A DNA stretch of 57,140 nt, from positions 1 through 57,140 of the forward strand of contig DYRD01000005.1 of assembly GCA_020718905.1 (NCBI GenBank). The letters run 5' to 3'. The position numbers and the translations under genes were made by a program. The notes below the pieces were generated by a model. That model searched no databases and had not been told where the DNA came from. It saw only the letters and a list, made by a program, of their open reading frames with translations. Source of the stretch: Syntrophus aciditrophicus (GTDB lineage: Bacteria; Desulfobacterota; Syntrophia; Syntrophales; UBA8958). Shown one piece after another: positions 39,130 to 48,345 of the stretch (the stretch's first letter is position 1; every line of letters starts with the position of its first letter).

Positions 39130-39203
39130 AATAGTGATATTTGCCTTGACATGAAAGGTTTTTCCTGTTAGATGGATGTCCCGTTCGCAAAGAGAAACAT
39201 CAT

Positions 39204-39278
39204 AGGCACGTAGCTCAGGGGGAGAGCGCCATCCTGACGCGGTGGATGTCCAGGGTTCAAATCCCTGCGTGCCTACCA
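39204..39278 (+). tRNA. tRNA-Val (GAC)
   Basis: Acceptor AGGCACG/CGTGCCT, D-arm TAGCTCAGGGGGAGAGC, anticodon loop CTGACGC, T-arm CAGGGTTCAAATCCCTG and encoded CCA. Confidence 0.9.
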
Positions 39279-39345
39279 TGACATTCAGAAAGGGCATCAG
39301 CGAAATTGAACGTGATGCCCTTTCTTTAATTATTGTAAAGGTAGC

Positions 39346-41265
39346 ATGATGAGTGAGATAAACATCACCTGGCCGGACGACAGTCGGGGAACTTTCCCCG
39401 CAGGGATAACGATCAAAGACGCTATCGGCGCGTGGAAACCAGCTGTTTTGAGTTCCACCGTGGCGGCAAAGGTAGATGGAGCGCCCGTAGACCTGGGGTT
39501 TCCCCTTCATAAGGATGCTGTCGTCGAACCGATCGATGCGGCAACGAAAGAGGGCCTCGGAATCCTGCGCCACAGCACGTCCCACGTCATGGCCCAGGCT
39601 GTTCAGGATACCTTCCCCGGGGCAAAGGTGAGCATCGGTCCTTCCATAGAGGAGGGATTTTACTATGATTTCGAGTATGAAACTACCTTTACCCCCGAAG
39701 ACCTTCAAAAGATAGAGCAGCGGATGCAGGAAATTACGGCCACAGACGCCACCTTTTCCCGCCGCGAGGTTTCCCGGGAGGAGGCCGTTGCCCTGTTCAA
39801 AGCAAAAGGTGAATCCTATAAGGTCGAGCTGATCAACGATCTGCCGCCGGAAGTAAAGACCGTAAGCCTTTACTCGCAGGGGAAATATGTCGATCTTTGC
39901 CGAGGGCCGCACCTGCCGTCCACCCTGATGATCAAGGCCTTCAAGCTTCTCAACGTCGCCGGCGCCTATTGGCGGGGGGATGAGCGCAATAAGATGCTCC
40001 AGCGGATTTATGGAACCTGCTTTGCCACCCAGGAAGCCCTGGACGATTATCTCCGGATGATTGAGGAGGCGAAAAAGCGGGATCACCGCCGTCTCGGCAG
40101 GGAACTGGATCTCTTCCAGATGAACGACGAAGCAGGACCGGGACTGATCATTTTTCATCCCAAAGGGATGCTGCTCGGATACATCATCGAGGAATGGGAG
40201 CGTAAGGAGCATTTAAAGCGCGGATATGACATGGTAATGGGTCCCCAGATCCTCAAGGATGACCTGTGGAAAAGATCGGGTCACTTTGATCATTACCGGG
40301 AAAACATGTACTTCACCGAAGTGGAAGGACAGGGATACGGGATCAAACCCATGAACTGTCTGTCCCATATGCTTATCTATAAGTCCCGGATTCGCAGCTA
40401 CCGTGATCTGCCCCTGCGTTACTTCGAACTGGGAACCGTGCACCGTCATGAGAAAACCGGCGTCCTGCACGGCCTGTTGCGAGCCCGCCAGTTCACTCAG
40501 GATGACGCCCATATCCTCTGCACGCCCGCTCAGCTCAATTCCGAGATCACAGCGATTGCCGACTTCGTGGCTTACGCGATGAAAATATTCGGATTCGAAT
40601 ACGAAGTGGAATTAAGCACCCGTCCGGAAAAATCCATCGGCTCCGACGCCGACTGGGAACTGGCGACCTCCGCCCTGGAAGGAGCTCTTAAGGACAGCGG
40701 GATGGTTTATGAAATCAACGCCGGTGGCGGGGCGTTCTATGGACCGAAGATCGACTTCAAGCTCAAAGACGCCCTGAAGCGGAAATGGCAGTGCGCTACC
40801 ATTCAGTGCGACTTTACCCTGCCGGAACGCTTTGACCTTTCCTACATCGGTTCGGACGGCGAAAAACACCGTCCCGTAATGCTTCACCGCGTGATCCTCG
40901 GAGCCATTGAACGCTTCATTGGTGTCCTTATCGAGCACTATGCCGGTGCTTTTCCAGTGTGGTTATCCCCGGTACAGGCCGCGATTCTGACGGTAACGGA
41001 GAAACATATCCCCCATGGAGAAAAGGTCTATCAACAGCTGCTGGATGCCGGCGTGCGCGTAGAAAAAGGTTTTTCCAATGAGAAACTAGGCTATAAAATC
41101 CGGAAGGCCCAGATGCAGAAAGTACCCTATATGCTGGTCATCGGTGATCGAGAAGTATCCGAAGCTGCCGTTTCTCCGAGACAGCGGGACGGAAGTAATC
41201 TTGGTTCCATGTCCGTTATGGATTTTATCAATATCATTCAGGAGCGGAACCGCAATAACCAGTAG
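39346..41265 (+). CDS. thrS: Threonine--tRNA ligase
   Basis: TGS, editing, class II core and anticodon-binding layout, 639 aa ([26 protein letters not shown]-like motifs). Confidence 0.95.
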   Translation: MMSEINITWPDDSRGTFPAGITIKDAIGAWKPAVLSSTVAAKVDGAPVDLGFPLHKDAVVEPIDAATKEGLGILRHSTSHVMAQAVQDTFPGAKVSIGPSIEEGFYYDFEYETTFTPEDLQKIEQRMQEITATDATFSRREVSREEAVALFKAKGESYKVELINDLPPEVKTVSLYSQGKYVDLCRGPHLPSTLMIKAFKLLNVAGAYWRGDERNKMLQRIYGTCFATQEALDDYLRMIEEAKKRDHRRLGRELDLFQMNDEAGPGLIIFHPKGMLLGYIIEEWERKEHLKRGYDMVMGPQILKDDLWKRSGHFDHYRENMYFTEVEGQGYGIKPMNCLSHMLIYKSRIRSYRDLPLRYFELGTVHRHEKTGVLHGLLRARQFTQDDAHILCTPAQLNSEITAIADFVAYAMKIFGFEYEVELSTRPEKSIGSDADWELATSALEGALKDSGMVYEINAGGGAFYGPKIDFKLKDALKRKWQCATIQCDFTLPERFDLSYIGSDGEKHRPVMLHRVILGAIERFIGVLIEHYAGAFPVWLSPVQAAILTVTEKHIPHGEKVYQQLLDAGVRVEKGFSNEKLGYKIRKAQMQKVPYMLVIGDREVSEAAVSPRQRDGSNLGSMSVMDFINIIQERNRNNQ

Positions 41266-41380
41266 TTATCCTCCCGATCCTTATTTTCATTTTTGGGAAG
41301 AGGGAGGATTATTGAAAATTTACCCGGGCAACATAAAGCGGGGCCGTCTTTTTTAGCAAGCATGCAGGTGGAGGTGACGT

Positions 41381-41887
41381 ATCGCTAAGGAGTTAAGCAT
41401 CAATGAAGAAATTAGGGCTTCTGAGGTCAGACTGATCGAAGAGGGAAGGCAGTTGGGGATTATGCCTCTCAAAGAAGCCCTTGAGGTTGCCGCTAAAGCC
41501 GGTCTTGATCTTGTGGAAATCTCGCCTACGGCGACCCCTCCCGTCTGCCGGATCATGGATTATGGAAAGTTCAGATACCAGCAGAGCAAAAAAATTCAGG
41601 ATGCGAGAAAAAGTCAGACGACGATACAGATCAAGGAGATACGGTTGCGGCCGAAGACGGAGGAACATGATCTGGAAGTAAAAGTCCGTCATATAAAAAA
41701 GTTCTTACAGCAAAACGACAAGGTTAAGATAACCATGATGTTTCGGGGCCGGGAGATTTCCTATGCCGATCTTGGAAAAAAGGTTATGGAGAAGCTTCGG
41801 GATGCCCTCTTGGATGTAGGGGTTATCGAAATGCAGCCCCGCCTCGAAGGCAGAAGCATGATCATGGTTATTGTACCGAAAAAATAA
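41381..41887 (+). CDS. infC: Translation initiation factor IF-3, apparently starting at a non-canonical ATC codon
   Basis: The frame opens right after a TGA. GGAGGTGA RBS, 4 nt, then ATC. N-terminus IAKELSINEEIRASEVRLIEE matches the IF-3 consensus upstream of the first ATG at 41453. Confidence 0.8.
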   Translation: MAKELSINEEIRASEVRLIEEGRQLGIMPLKEALEVAAKAGLDLVEISPTATPPVCRIMDYGKFRYQQSKKIQDARKSQTTIQIKEIRLRPKTEEHDLEVKVRHIKKFLQQNDKVKITMMFRGREISYADLGKKVMEKLRDALLDVGVIEMQPRLEGRSMIMVIVPKK

Positions 41888-41918
41888 AATTTAAATATTA
41901 TCGAGGAGAAAATAGATC

Positions 41919-42116
41919 ATGCCAAAGATAAAAACACATCGGGGCGCCGCCAAGCGTTTTTCCCTGACCGGCACGGGCAGGGTCAAGAGGGCGAAGGCCT
42001 TTGCGAGCCATATTCTCACATCAAAATCGTCGAAACGGAAAAGGAACATGCGAAGGTCCGCGGTTGCCGACAAAACTAATGAAGCGGCCCTCAAGCGTTT
42101 GCTTCCCTATCTGTAG
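41919..42116 (+). CDS. rpmI: 50S ribosomal protein L35
   Basis: [14 protein letters not shown], 65 aa. Confidence 0.95.
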   Translation: MPKIKTHRGAAKRFSLTGTGRVKRAKAFASHILTSKSSKRKRNMRRSAVADKTNEAALKRLLPYL

Positions 42117-42203
42117 AAAAAACCGGAAAAACAAGATAAATTTAAGGTGGATGAGATACGGCAGCGCCGGTGTCTGTAAGACCTCTGAAGGAGACAGAAA
42201 ATC

Positions 42204-42566
42204 ATGCCAAGGGTAAAGAGGGCCGTTACGGCCAAGAAAAAACGAAGAAAGATACTTAAATTAGCGAAAGGTTTTTTTGGCGCCCGGAGCCGTCTGTTGA
42301 GGACGGCCACGGAGGCGGTGAACCGATCCATGAAATATGCCTTCCGGGATCGCCGGGTTCGTAAACGTGACTTCCGGAGACTTTGGATTGCCCGGATAAG
42401 CGCCGCCGCACGGATGAATGAGATCAGTTACAGTCGTTTGATTGACGGCATGAAAAAGGCGGAAGTGATGATTGACCGTAAGATTCTTGCCGATCTGGCC
42501 GTTCATGATCCCAAGGCATTTACGGAGATCGTAACCATGGCTAAAGGGAAACTGCCTTCATGCTGA
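42204..42566 (+). CDS. rplT: 50S ribosomal protein L20
   Basis: [24 protein letters not shown], 120 aa. Confidence 0.95.
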   Translation: MPRVKRAVTAKKKRRKILKLAKGFFGARSRLLRTATEAVNRSMKYAFRDRRVRKRDFRRLWIARISAAARMNEISYSRLIDGMKKAEVMIDRKILADLAVHDPKAFTEIVTMAKGKLPSC

Positions 42567-43576
42567 AGACCCTCGACGAGCTTGAAAAAGAGGCGATCCT
42601 GGAGTTGCCCGGAGCGACTTCGGAGGATGCCCTGAACGAGCTGCGCACCAGATATCTGGGCCGCAAGGGTTTGTTGACGCAAATGCTCCGCCAGATCAGC
42701 ACAGTAACCGCCGCAGAGAAACCTCTCTTCGGGAAGCGGAGCAATGAAATAAAAGAAAGCCTTGCTCATGCCATTGATGACGCCTTGGAAATGCTCAAGG
42801 CCTCCCGCAAGGATCAGGTCCTCCTCAAGGAAACTATCGATGTAACCCTGCCGGGACGGGGGGTGAGGCTCGGCCGTCTCCATCCCGTTACGAGAGTTTC
42901 TCAGGAAATATGCCGGATCTTTTCCCGGATGGGATTCAATGTTGTCGAGGGCCCGGAAGTCGAGACCGATTACTACAATTTTGAGGCATTGAATATCCCC
43001 AAGGATCATCCAGCCCGGGACATGCAGGATACATTTTATGTGGAAGATAACATCGTTCTGAGGACCCATACTTCGCCGGTCCAGATCAGAACCATGGAAA
43101 AGATGAAACCGCCGGTCCGGATCCTTTCCCCCGGGCGGGTTTATCGTCCCGATTCCGATGTTTCTCATACCCCCATGTTTCACCAGGTCGAGGGTCTCAT
43201 GGTGGACAAGGGTATAACCTTCGGAGATCTGAAAGGAACCTTGACCTACTTTCTGAGGCAGATCTTTGGAGCGGACATTCTCCTCAGGTTTCGTCCCAGT
43301 TTTTTCCCCTTTACCGAACCCAGCGCGGAAGTGGACCTCCGGTGCGTGATGTGTACAGGCAAAGGATGCCGGGTGTGCGGTCAGAGCGGCTGGTTGGAAA
43401 TACTTGGCTCCGGAATGGTCGATCCGGCGGTTTTTGAAAATGTGGGCTACGATCCGGAGGAAGTGACGGGATTTGCCTTCGGTCTGGGCGTGGAAAGAAT
43501 TGCCATGCTTAAATACGGCATATCGGATATACGCCTCTTTTTTGAGAACGATGGACGCTTTTTGGAGCAGTTTTAA
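42560..43576 (+). CDS. pheS: Phenylalanine--tRNA ligase alpha subunit
   Basis: [21 protein letters not shown] and [12 protein letters not shown] class II motifs. Confidence 0.95.
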   Translation: MLKTLDELEKEAILELPGATSEDALNELRTRYLGRKGLLTQMLRQISTVTAAEKPLFGKRSNEIKESLAHAIDDALEMLKASRKDQVLLKETIDVTLPGRGVRLGRLHPVTRVSQEICRIFSRMGFNVVEGPEVETDYYNFEALNIPKDHPARDMQDTFYVEDNIVLRTHTSPVQIRTMEKMKPPVRILSPGRVYRPDSDVSHTPMFHQVEGLMVDKGITFGDLKGTLTYFLRQIFGADILLRFRPSFFPFTEPSAEVDLRCVMCTGKGCRVCGQSGWLEILGSGMVDPAVFENVGYDPEEVTGFAFGLGVERIAMLKYGISDIRLFFENDGRFLEQF

Positions 43577-43579
43577 GAT

Positions 43580-45994
43580 ATGAAAGTAAGTCTCAAATGG
43601 TTGCGGGACTATGTCGATATTGATCTGGAACCCTTGGTTTTGGCTGATTGCCTGACCATGGCCGGTCTGGAGGTCGATGCCGTCGAAGAGGCGGGTCCGG
43701 CTTTCGATCAGGTGGTGGTGGCCAGGATCGTTTCGGTGCGTCCCCATCCCCAGTCGGAGAAACTCTTTCTTTGCGAAGTGACCACGGGCACGGAGGCCCT
43801 GCCGATTGTTTGCGGCGCCCCCAATACCCGGTCCGGGAATACGGTAGCCCTTGCCAAGGTTGGGGCGACGATTCCCGGTGGATTTGTCATCAAGAGTTCC
43901 CGGATCCGCGGCGAGGCGTCGGAAGGGATGCTCTGCTCCGAAGAAGAGCTTGGCATCGGTGATGACAATACGGGGATCATGGTCCTCTCTCCAGATATTA
44001 GCCTCGGCATGGATCTGAAAGACGCCTTGGGGCTGAAGGATACCGTACTTGACATCGGCGTTACTCCCAACCGCGCCGATTGTCTGTCCGTTATCGGGAT
44101 TGCCCGGGAGGTGGCGGCAATCACCGGGAAAACGCTCCGCTATCCCGAAATTGATTTCACCGAAAACAGTGAAGAAATCACCTCTATGACCTCGGTCGCG
44201 ATCATGGACCCCGATCTTTGTCCCCGTTATACCGCCCGCATCATCAAGAACGTCACCATTAAGCCGTCACCGGCTTGGATGCGGGAGCGTCTGGAGGCCG
44301 TCGGGTTGCGGGCGATCAACAATATCGTTGATATAACGAATTTTGTGATGATGGAACTGGGTCAGCCCCTCCATGCCTTTGATTTCCGCTTTCTTGAAGA
44401 AGGCCGTATTGTGGTGCGGCGCTCCCGGGAAGGCGAGCATTTTGTTTCCCTTGGTGAAAAGGACCGGCTTCTGAGGTCGGATACCCTGATGATCTGCGAC
44501 GGCGTCAAGCCCGTCGCTATTGCCGGGATCATGGGGGGATTGAACTCGGAAGTGAAAGACGATACAAGTACGATTCTTTTGGAAAGCGCCTATTTCCACC
44601 CTCCGTCCATCCGCCGTTCTTCCCGTTGGTTCGGTATGGGAACCGACGCTGCTTTCCGGTTTGAGCGGGGCATCGATCCGGAGGGGGTGGTGCGGGCCTT
44701 GAACAGAGCGGCCCAGCTCATGGCGGCCCTGGGAGAAGGAACGGTGTGCAAGGGGGCGATAGATCAATATCCGCGGCGGATCGAGATGGTCAGAGACATC
44801 GTGCTGCGGCCAAACAGGGTCAATGAGCTCTTGGGGACCCAAATCAGGGCCGCAGAGATGGTCAATATTATGGAAAGGCTGGGAATGACCGTCCGACAGC
44901 CGGATGCGTCCCGTTACCTCGTGACGCCGCCGACCTTCCGTGTGGATATCGCAAGAGAGATCGATCTCATTGAGGAGATCGCCCGTGTTTATGGTTTTGA
45001 CCATATCCCCGTGACCATGCCCGGCGCCGCCGGCATGCCGGCGGGAGAAACCCGCGAGCAGGTTCTGGAGGGCGCTTTGCGCTCTGCCCTGGCCGGAATG
45101 GGCTATACGGAGGTGATTACCTACAGTTTCATAAATCCCGTGTCGGCGGACCAGCTAGGGTTGAAAGATGACGAGCCCCGGCGGGATTTTGTCAGGATAA
45201 GCAATCCCTTGACGGAGGAACAGTCCGTGCTGCGGACAAGCCTTGTCTATAACCTCCTGGATGTAATGAGCCGGAATGCCCGGGTCGGTTGCGCCGATCT
45301 GAAGATTTTTGAAATCGGCCGCATCTTTTTTCGACATCAGGAGGGGGAACTGCCGGAGGAGAGGCCTTGCGTTGGAGGGCTCATAACGGGTAACCGCTAT
45401 GACGGTTCCTGGCATAATAAGAATCGCAGCGCTGACTTTTACGATCTCAAAGGTTGCGTGGAGGCCCTCTTTGCAGATCGGAAAATACAACCGGTTCGAT
45501 TTGAGGCAGAATCGTCCCAGCCGTTTCTCCATCCCGGCCGCTCATGCCGGATTATTGTCGGCCGGGAGACCGCAGGTTTTCTCGGCGAAATTCATCCCGA
45601 TGTTCTTGAGCGAATGGACCTGAAAAGCCGCGCCATAGTGTTTCAATTGGATTTAGAAATCCTGCGCTTGCATGAGAAGGAAGAAATCGCCTTCAGGGAG
45701 GTATCGAAGTATCCCGCCAGTTCCAGAGATATGGCGTTTCTTGTTCCTGTTGCCATGGAAGGAGAAACCCTCTGCCGAGCGGGATATGAGCAATATGAAG
45801 TATTACTTGAAAATGTTGCGATATTTGATGTATATGCGGGAGGAAATCTGCCTGAAGGGATGAAGAGTCTGGGATTGCGATTTGCGTATCGATCCACCGC
45901 AAGAACCCTGACGGAAGAAGAGATCAACGTGGCCCATAACCGGATCGTTAAAAACATGGTTGAGACGACAGGAGCAAAGATCCGGGGAGAATAA
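43580..45994 (+). CDS. pheT: Phenylalanine--tRNA ligase beta subunit
   Basis: MKVSLKWLRDYVDI start, B3/4, B5 and FDX-ACB layout, 804 aa. Confidence 0.95.
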   Translation: MKVSLKWLRDYVDIDLEPLVLADCLTMAGLEVDAVEEAGPAFDQVVVARIVSVRPHPQSEKLFLCEVTTGTEALPIVCGAPNTRSGNTVALAKVGATIPGGFVIKSSRIRGEASEGMLCSEEELGIGDDNTGIMVLSPDISLGMDLKDALGLKDTVLDIGVTPNRADCLSVIGIAREVAAITGKTLRYPEIDFTENSEEITSMTSVAIMDPDLCPRYTARIIKNVTIKPSPAWMRERLEAVGLRAINNIVDITNFVMMELGQPLHAFDFRFLEEGRIVVRRSREGEHFVSLGEKDRLLRSDTLMICDGVKPVAIAGIMGGLNSEVKDDTSTILLESAYFHPPSIRRSSRWFGMGTDAAFRFERGIDPEGVVRALNRAAQLMAALGEGTVCKGAIDQYPRRIEMVRDIVLRPNRVNELLGTQIRAAEMVNIMERLGMTVRQPDASRYLVTPPTFRVDIAREIDLIEEIARVYGFDHIPVTMPGAAGMPAGETREQVLEGALRSALAGMGYTEVITYSFINPVSADQLGLKDDEPRRDFVRISNPLTEEQSVLRTSLVYNLLDVMSRNARVGCADLKIFEIGRIFFRHQEGELPEERPCVGGLITGNRYDGSWHNKNRSADFYDLKGCVEALFADRKIQPVRFEAESSQPFLHPGRSCRIIVGRETAGFLGEIHPDVLERMDLKSRAIVFQLDLEILRLHEKEEIAFREVSKYPASSRDMAFLVPVAMEGETLCRAGYEQYEVLLENVAIFDVYAGGNLPEGMKSLGLRFAYRSTARTLTEEEINVAHNRIVKNMVETTGAKIRGE

Positions 45995-46034
45995 GCAATA
46001 TAGCGAACAATAGTGGAGGACAGGAGGTAGAACC

Positions 46035-46310
46035 ATGACGAAAATAGATATTATTCAGGACGTTTACGAGAAGCTTGGTTTTTCAAAGAAGGATTCGGCA
46101 AGGATCGTGGAATCGGTTTTCGATATTATGAAAGACTGCCTGGGCCGGGGAGAAAAGATAAAGATATCCGGGTTCGGGAACTTTGTGGTGAAGGAAAAGA
46201 AGTCCCGGCGCGGCCGGAACCCCCAGACGGGCAAAGAAATCGAGATTTCTGCGCGCCGCGTCCTCACCTTCAAATCAAGCCAGGTTCTGCGCAAGGCACT
46301 GAACGTTTAG
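46035..46310 (+). CDS. ihfA: Integration host factor alpha subunit (HU/IHF family)
   Basis: GFGNFVVKEKKSRRGRNPQTGKEIEISARRVLTFK arm motif. Conserved position after pheT. Confidence 0.85.
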   Translation: MTKIDIIQDVYEKLGFSKKDSARIVESVFDIMKDCLGRGEKIKISGFGNFVVKEKKSRRGRNPQTGKEIEISARRVLTFKSSQVLRKALNV

Positions 46311-46347
46311 TTCCTGAGCGCAAATCCGGCAATGTGGGGCGCTTTGC

Positions 46348-46689
46348 ATGGACGTGTCGATTCCTGACAAGACCTATTTCCGAATTGGCGAAGTCAGCAG
46401 CATCCTCGGGGTGGAGCCTTACGTCGTCAGATACTGGGAGTCGGAGTTCAAATCGGTCAAGCCTGTCCGTACGAGGTCAGACCAGCGGCTTTACCGGCGT
46501 AAAGACCTGGAAGAACTGCTGATCATCAGGGACCTTCTCTATAAGGATCATTTTACGATCAGAGGCGCCCGGGATGAGCTCTCCAGGAGGGGAGCAATCA
46601 CCTGTCAGGAAGGCGCGGCGGACCAGGAAAGGCAGCTACTGGCGGATATCAAGGTCGTACTGAGGCAGATAAGAGAAATTGTTTCCTGA
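46348..46689 (+). CDS. MerR-family transcriptional regulator
   Basis: YFRIGEVSSILGVEPYVVRYWESEF HTH signature. Confidence 0.8.
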   Translation: MDVSIPDKTYFRIGEVSSILGVEPYVVRYWESEFKSVKPVRTRSDQRLYRRKDLEELLIIRDLLYKDHFTIRGARDELSRRGAITCQEGAADQERQLLADIKVVLRQIREIVS

Positions 46690-46729
46690 CCAAGGGAGCC
46701 CGTAGCCGTGAGGTTGCGGGCTCCCTTGG
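46690..46729 (+). terminator. Stem-loop directly after the MerR-family gene (13-bp perfect stem)
   Basis: CCAAGGGAGCCCG, a 14-nt loop, then CGGGCTCCCTTGG followed by TTGTTGG (weak U-tract). Confidence 0.5.
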
Positions 46730-46773
46730 TTGTTGGCGTTATTTCGGTTCCAACTCAAGACCCTATCTTCGTT

Positions 46774-46801
46774 GTCGAGGGGTCGTCCTCGACCCCTCGA
46801 C
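46774..46801. repeat. 28-nt palindromic hairpin (12-bp perfect stem, 4-nt loop)
   Basis: GTCGAGGGGTCG-TCCT-CGACCCCTCGAC in the convergent intergenic region. REP-like or a terminator for the minus-strand gene. Confidence 0.6.
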
Positions 46802-46889
46802 GTATTTCCCTATAGGCCTGCGAAAGCCTCTTTCCTCGCGCCGCCGCGAGTGCATCTTGGCTTTGGAGCCGGAATTTGTGGAATTGGAA

Positions 46890-47183
46890 TTATTTCTTCT
46901 TCTTCGCGCGGCTCGCCCGTTTCGATGCCTTCAGAGGGTTGATTTTCTGCGCAGTCTCTTTGATTTCCAGTTTAACGTGGGTTGCGGTGACGCAATTTCC
47001 GATTAACCACTTGCTGGCCGGGTCCATATAAACCCGACAGTAACGGCCCGTATCCAGATCGATGATCCGGTTGCATCCCTCGCATTTTTCAATAATGGTC
47101 TTACAGGCGCCGTCTTTAAAATCACACCCCTTGAGCTTCATAAAGACACAATCCGTGCCCGTTCTGATAGTCTGACAAATCAT
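46890..47183 (-). CDS. PxxKW-family cysteine-rich small protein
   Basis: MICQTIRTGTDCVFMK..GC....ACK...EKCEGC...YC..Y.DPASKW..GNC..ATH. GAGGTGA RBS. Confidence 0.65.
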   Translation of the reverse strand: MICQTIRTGTDCVFMKLKGCDFKDGACKTIIEKCEGCNRIIDLDTGRYCRVYMDPASKWLIGNCVTATHVKLEIKETAQKINPLKASKRASRAKKKK

Positions 47184-47331
47184 TTCTTTCACCTCAAAAA
47201 AAAAAGTTGAAGTAACTAACAAAAAAACATACCTCTGTCAAGGATAAAGGGGAATGAATTGACTTAACAGGATTTCCGTGTTAGGAATACAATGATTGTA
47301 GGCCTGTATCGGCCAGGAGAGATGAGGGAGG

Positions 47332-48072
47332 ATGAAGGCATCGGATTTGGCCGGGTTTTTTTTACGGTCTCTTTTTATTATGGCATCGCTGAATTTCCAG
47401 AGAATGCAAAACTTGGGGTTCGCCTTTGCCATTCTTCCTCTCTCGCGAAGAATGGGAAAAGACGAAAAGAGAATTTCTTCATTTCTTGTCCGACATCTTG
47501 AATATTTCAATACCCATCCTTATTTATCCGGTGCCGTGCTCGGCTCGGTCATCGCCTTGGAGACCGCTAACGGACATCATGAGCAGACGCCGGACATATC
47601 AAGATTGAAAAAATCCCTCATGGGTCCTTATGCTGCCATTGGAGACAGTTTTTTCTGGGGAAGTCTGCGCCCCCTGGCCGGTATTTCCGCCGCCGCCATG
47701 GCCTATCAGGGTTATTCCTGGAGCCCATTTGTGTTGTTGCTCCTCTTTGATCCCATGCATCTCTGGATCCGTCTGAAGGGTTTTATTGAGGGTTACCGGC
47801 ACGGTTGGCAGGGTATCACTTTTATCCAATCATGGGATTTGCCGCGCTTGGCCCGTTTCATACGCTGGGGAACAATATTGTGCCTTTCCATTGCTACGGC
47901 ATGTCTCGGGCGGGAGATCGCCACCGCCTACTCAGGAATATGGATACAACCCCTTGTTGGCATGGCGGTGCTTGCGGCGGTACTGCTGTCTTTTATGGGT
48001 ATGGAACGAGGCCTGTCTCCCCTGGCGATCCTTTATGGCATGACAGCCGGCTGCATGGCCCTGATGATTTGA
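47332..48072 (+). CDS. PTS mannose/fructose/sorbose-family IID component
   Basis: SLNFQRMQNLGFAFAILP...RHLEYFNTHPY...LMGPYAAIGDSFFWGSLRP match the ManZ-type IID signatures. Confidence 0.75.
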   Translation: MKASDLAGFFLRSLFIMASLNFQRMQNLGFAFAILPLSRRMGKDEKRISSFLVRHLEYFNTHPYLSGAVLGSVIALETANGHHEQTPDISRLKKSLMGPYAAIGDSFFWGSLRPLAGISAAAMAYQGYSWSPFVLLLLFDPMHLWIRLKGFIEGYRHGWQGITFIQSWDLPRLARFIRWGTILCLSIATACLGREIATAYSGIWIQPLVGMAVLAAVLLSFMGMERGLSPLAILYGMTAGCMALMI

Positions 48073-48073
48073 C

Positions 48074-48343
48074 ATGCAGGAGATAAAGAACTTTGAGGTT
48101 AAAAACAAGTTAGGAATCCATGCCCGCGTAGCGGCAAAGCTTGTAGCGACGTCGAGTCGCTTCAAGTCCCGAATCTTCTTCGAATACGACGGGCAAGAGG
48201 TCAACGGCAAGAGTCTCCTTGGCATCCTTACCCTCGCTTGTTCCCGGGGCGGATTCATAACCGTTAAAGTGGAGGGCAGCGATGCCGTCGAGGCCCTGAC
48301 AGCTTTGGAAGGTTTGTTTGCAGAAAAGTTTGGTGAGGACTGA
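48074..48343 (+). CDS. ptsH: Phosphocarrier protein HPr
   Basis: NKLGIHARVAAKLV (His-15 region) and GKSLLGILTL (Ser-46 region). Confidence 0.9.
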   Translation: MQEIKNFEVKNKLGIHARVAAKLVATSSRFKSRIFFEYDGQEVNGKSLLGILTLACSRGGFITVKVEGSDAVEALTALEGLFAEKFGED

Positions 48344-48345
48344 TA

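Noticed and set aside
38962-40212. 416-aa minus-strand ORF
   Set aside because: It lies antisense to tRNA-Val and the 5' half of thrS, has no recognisable domains, and has a low-complexity, Gly/Arg/Pro-rich composition typical of shadow ORFs opposite GC-rich coding sequence.
42503-43747. 414-aa minus-strand ORF
   Set aside because: Shadow ORF opposite pheS. The plus-strand gene has unambiguous class II synthetase motifs.
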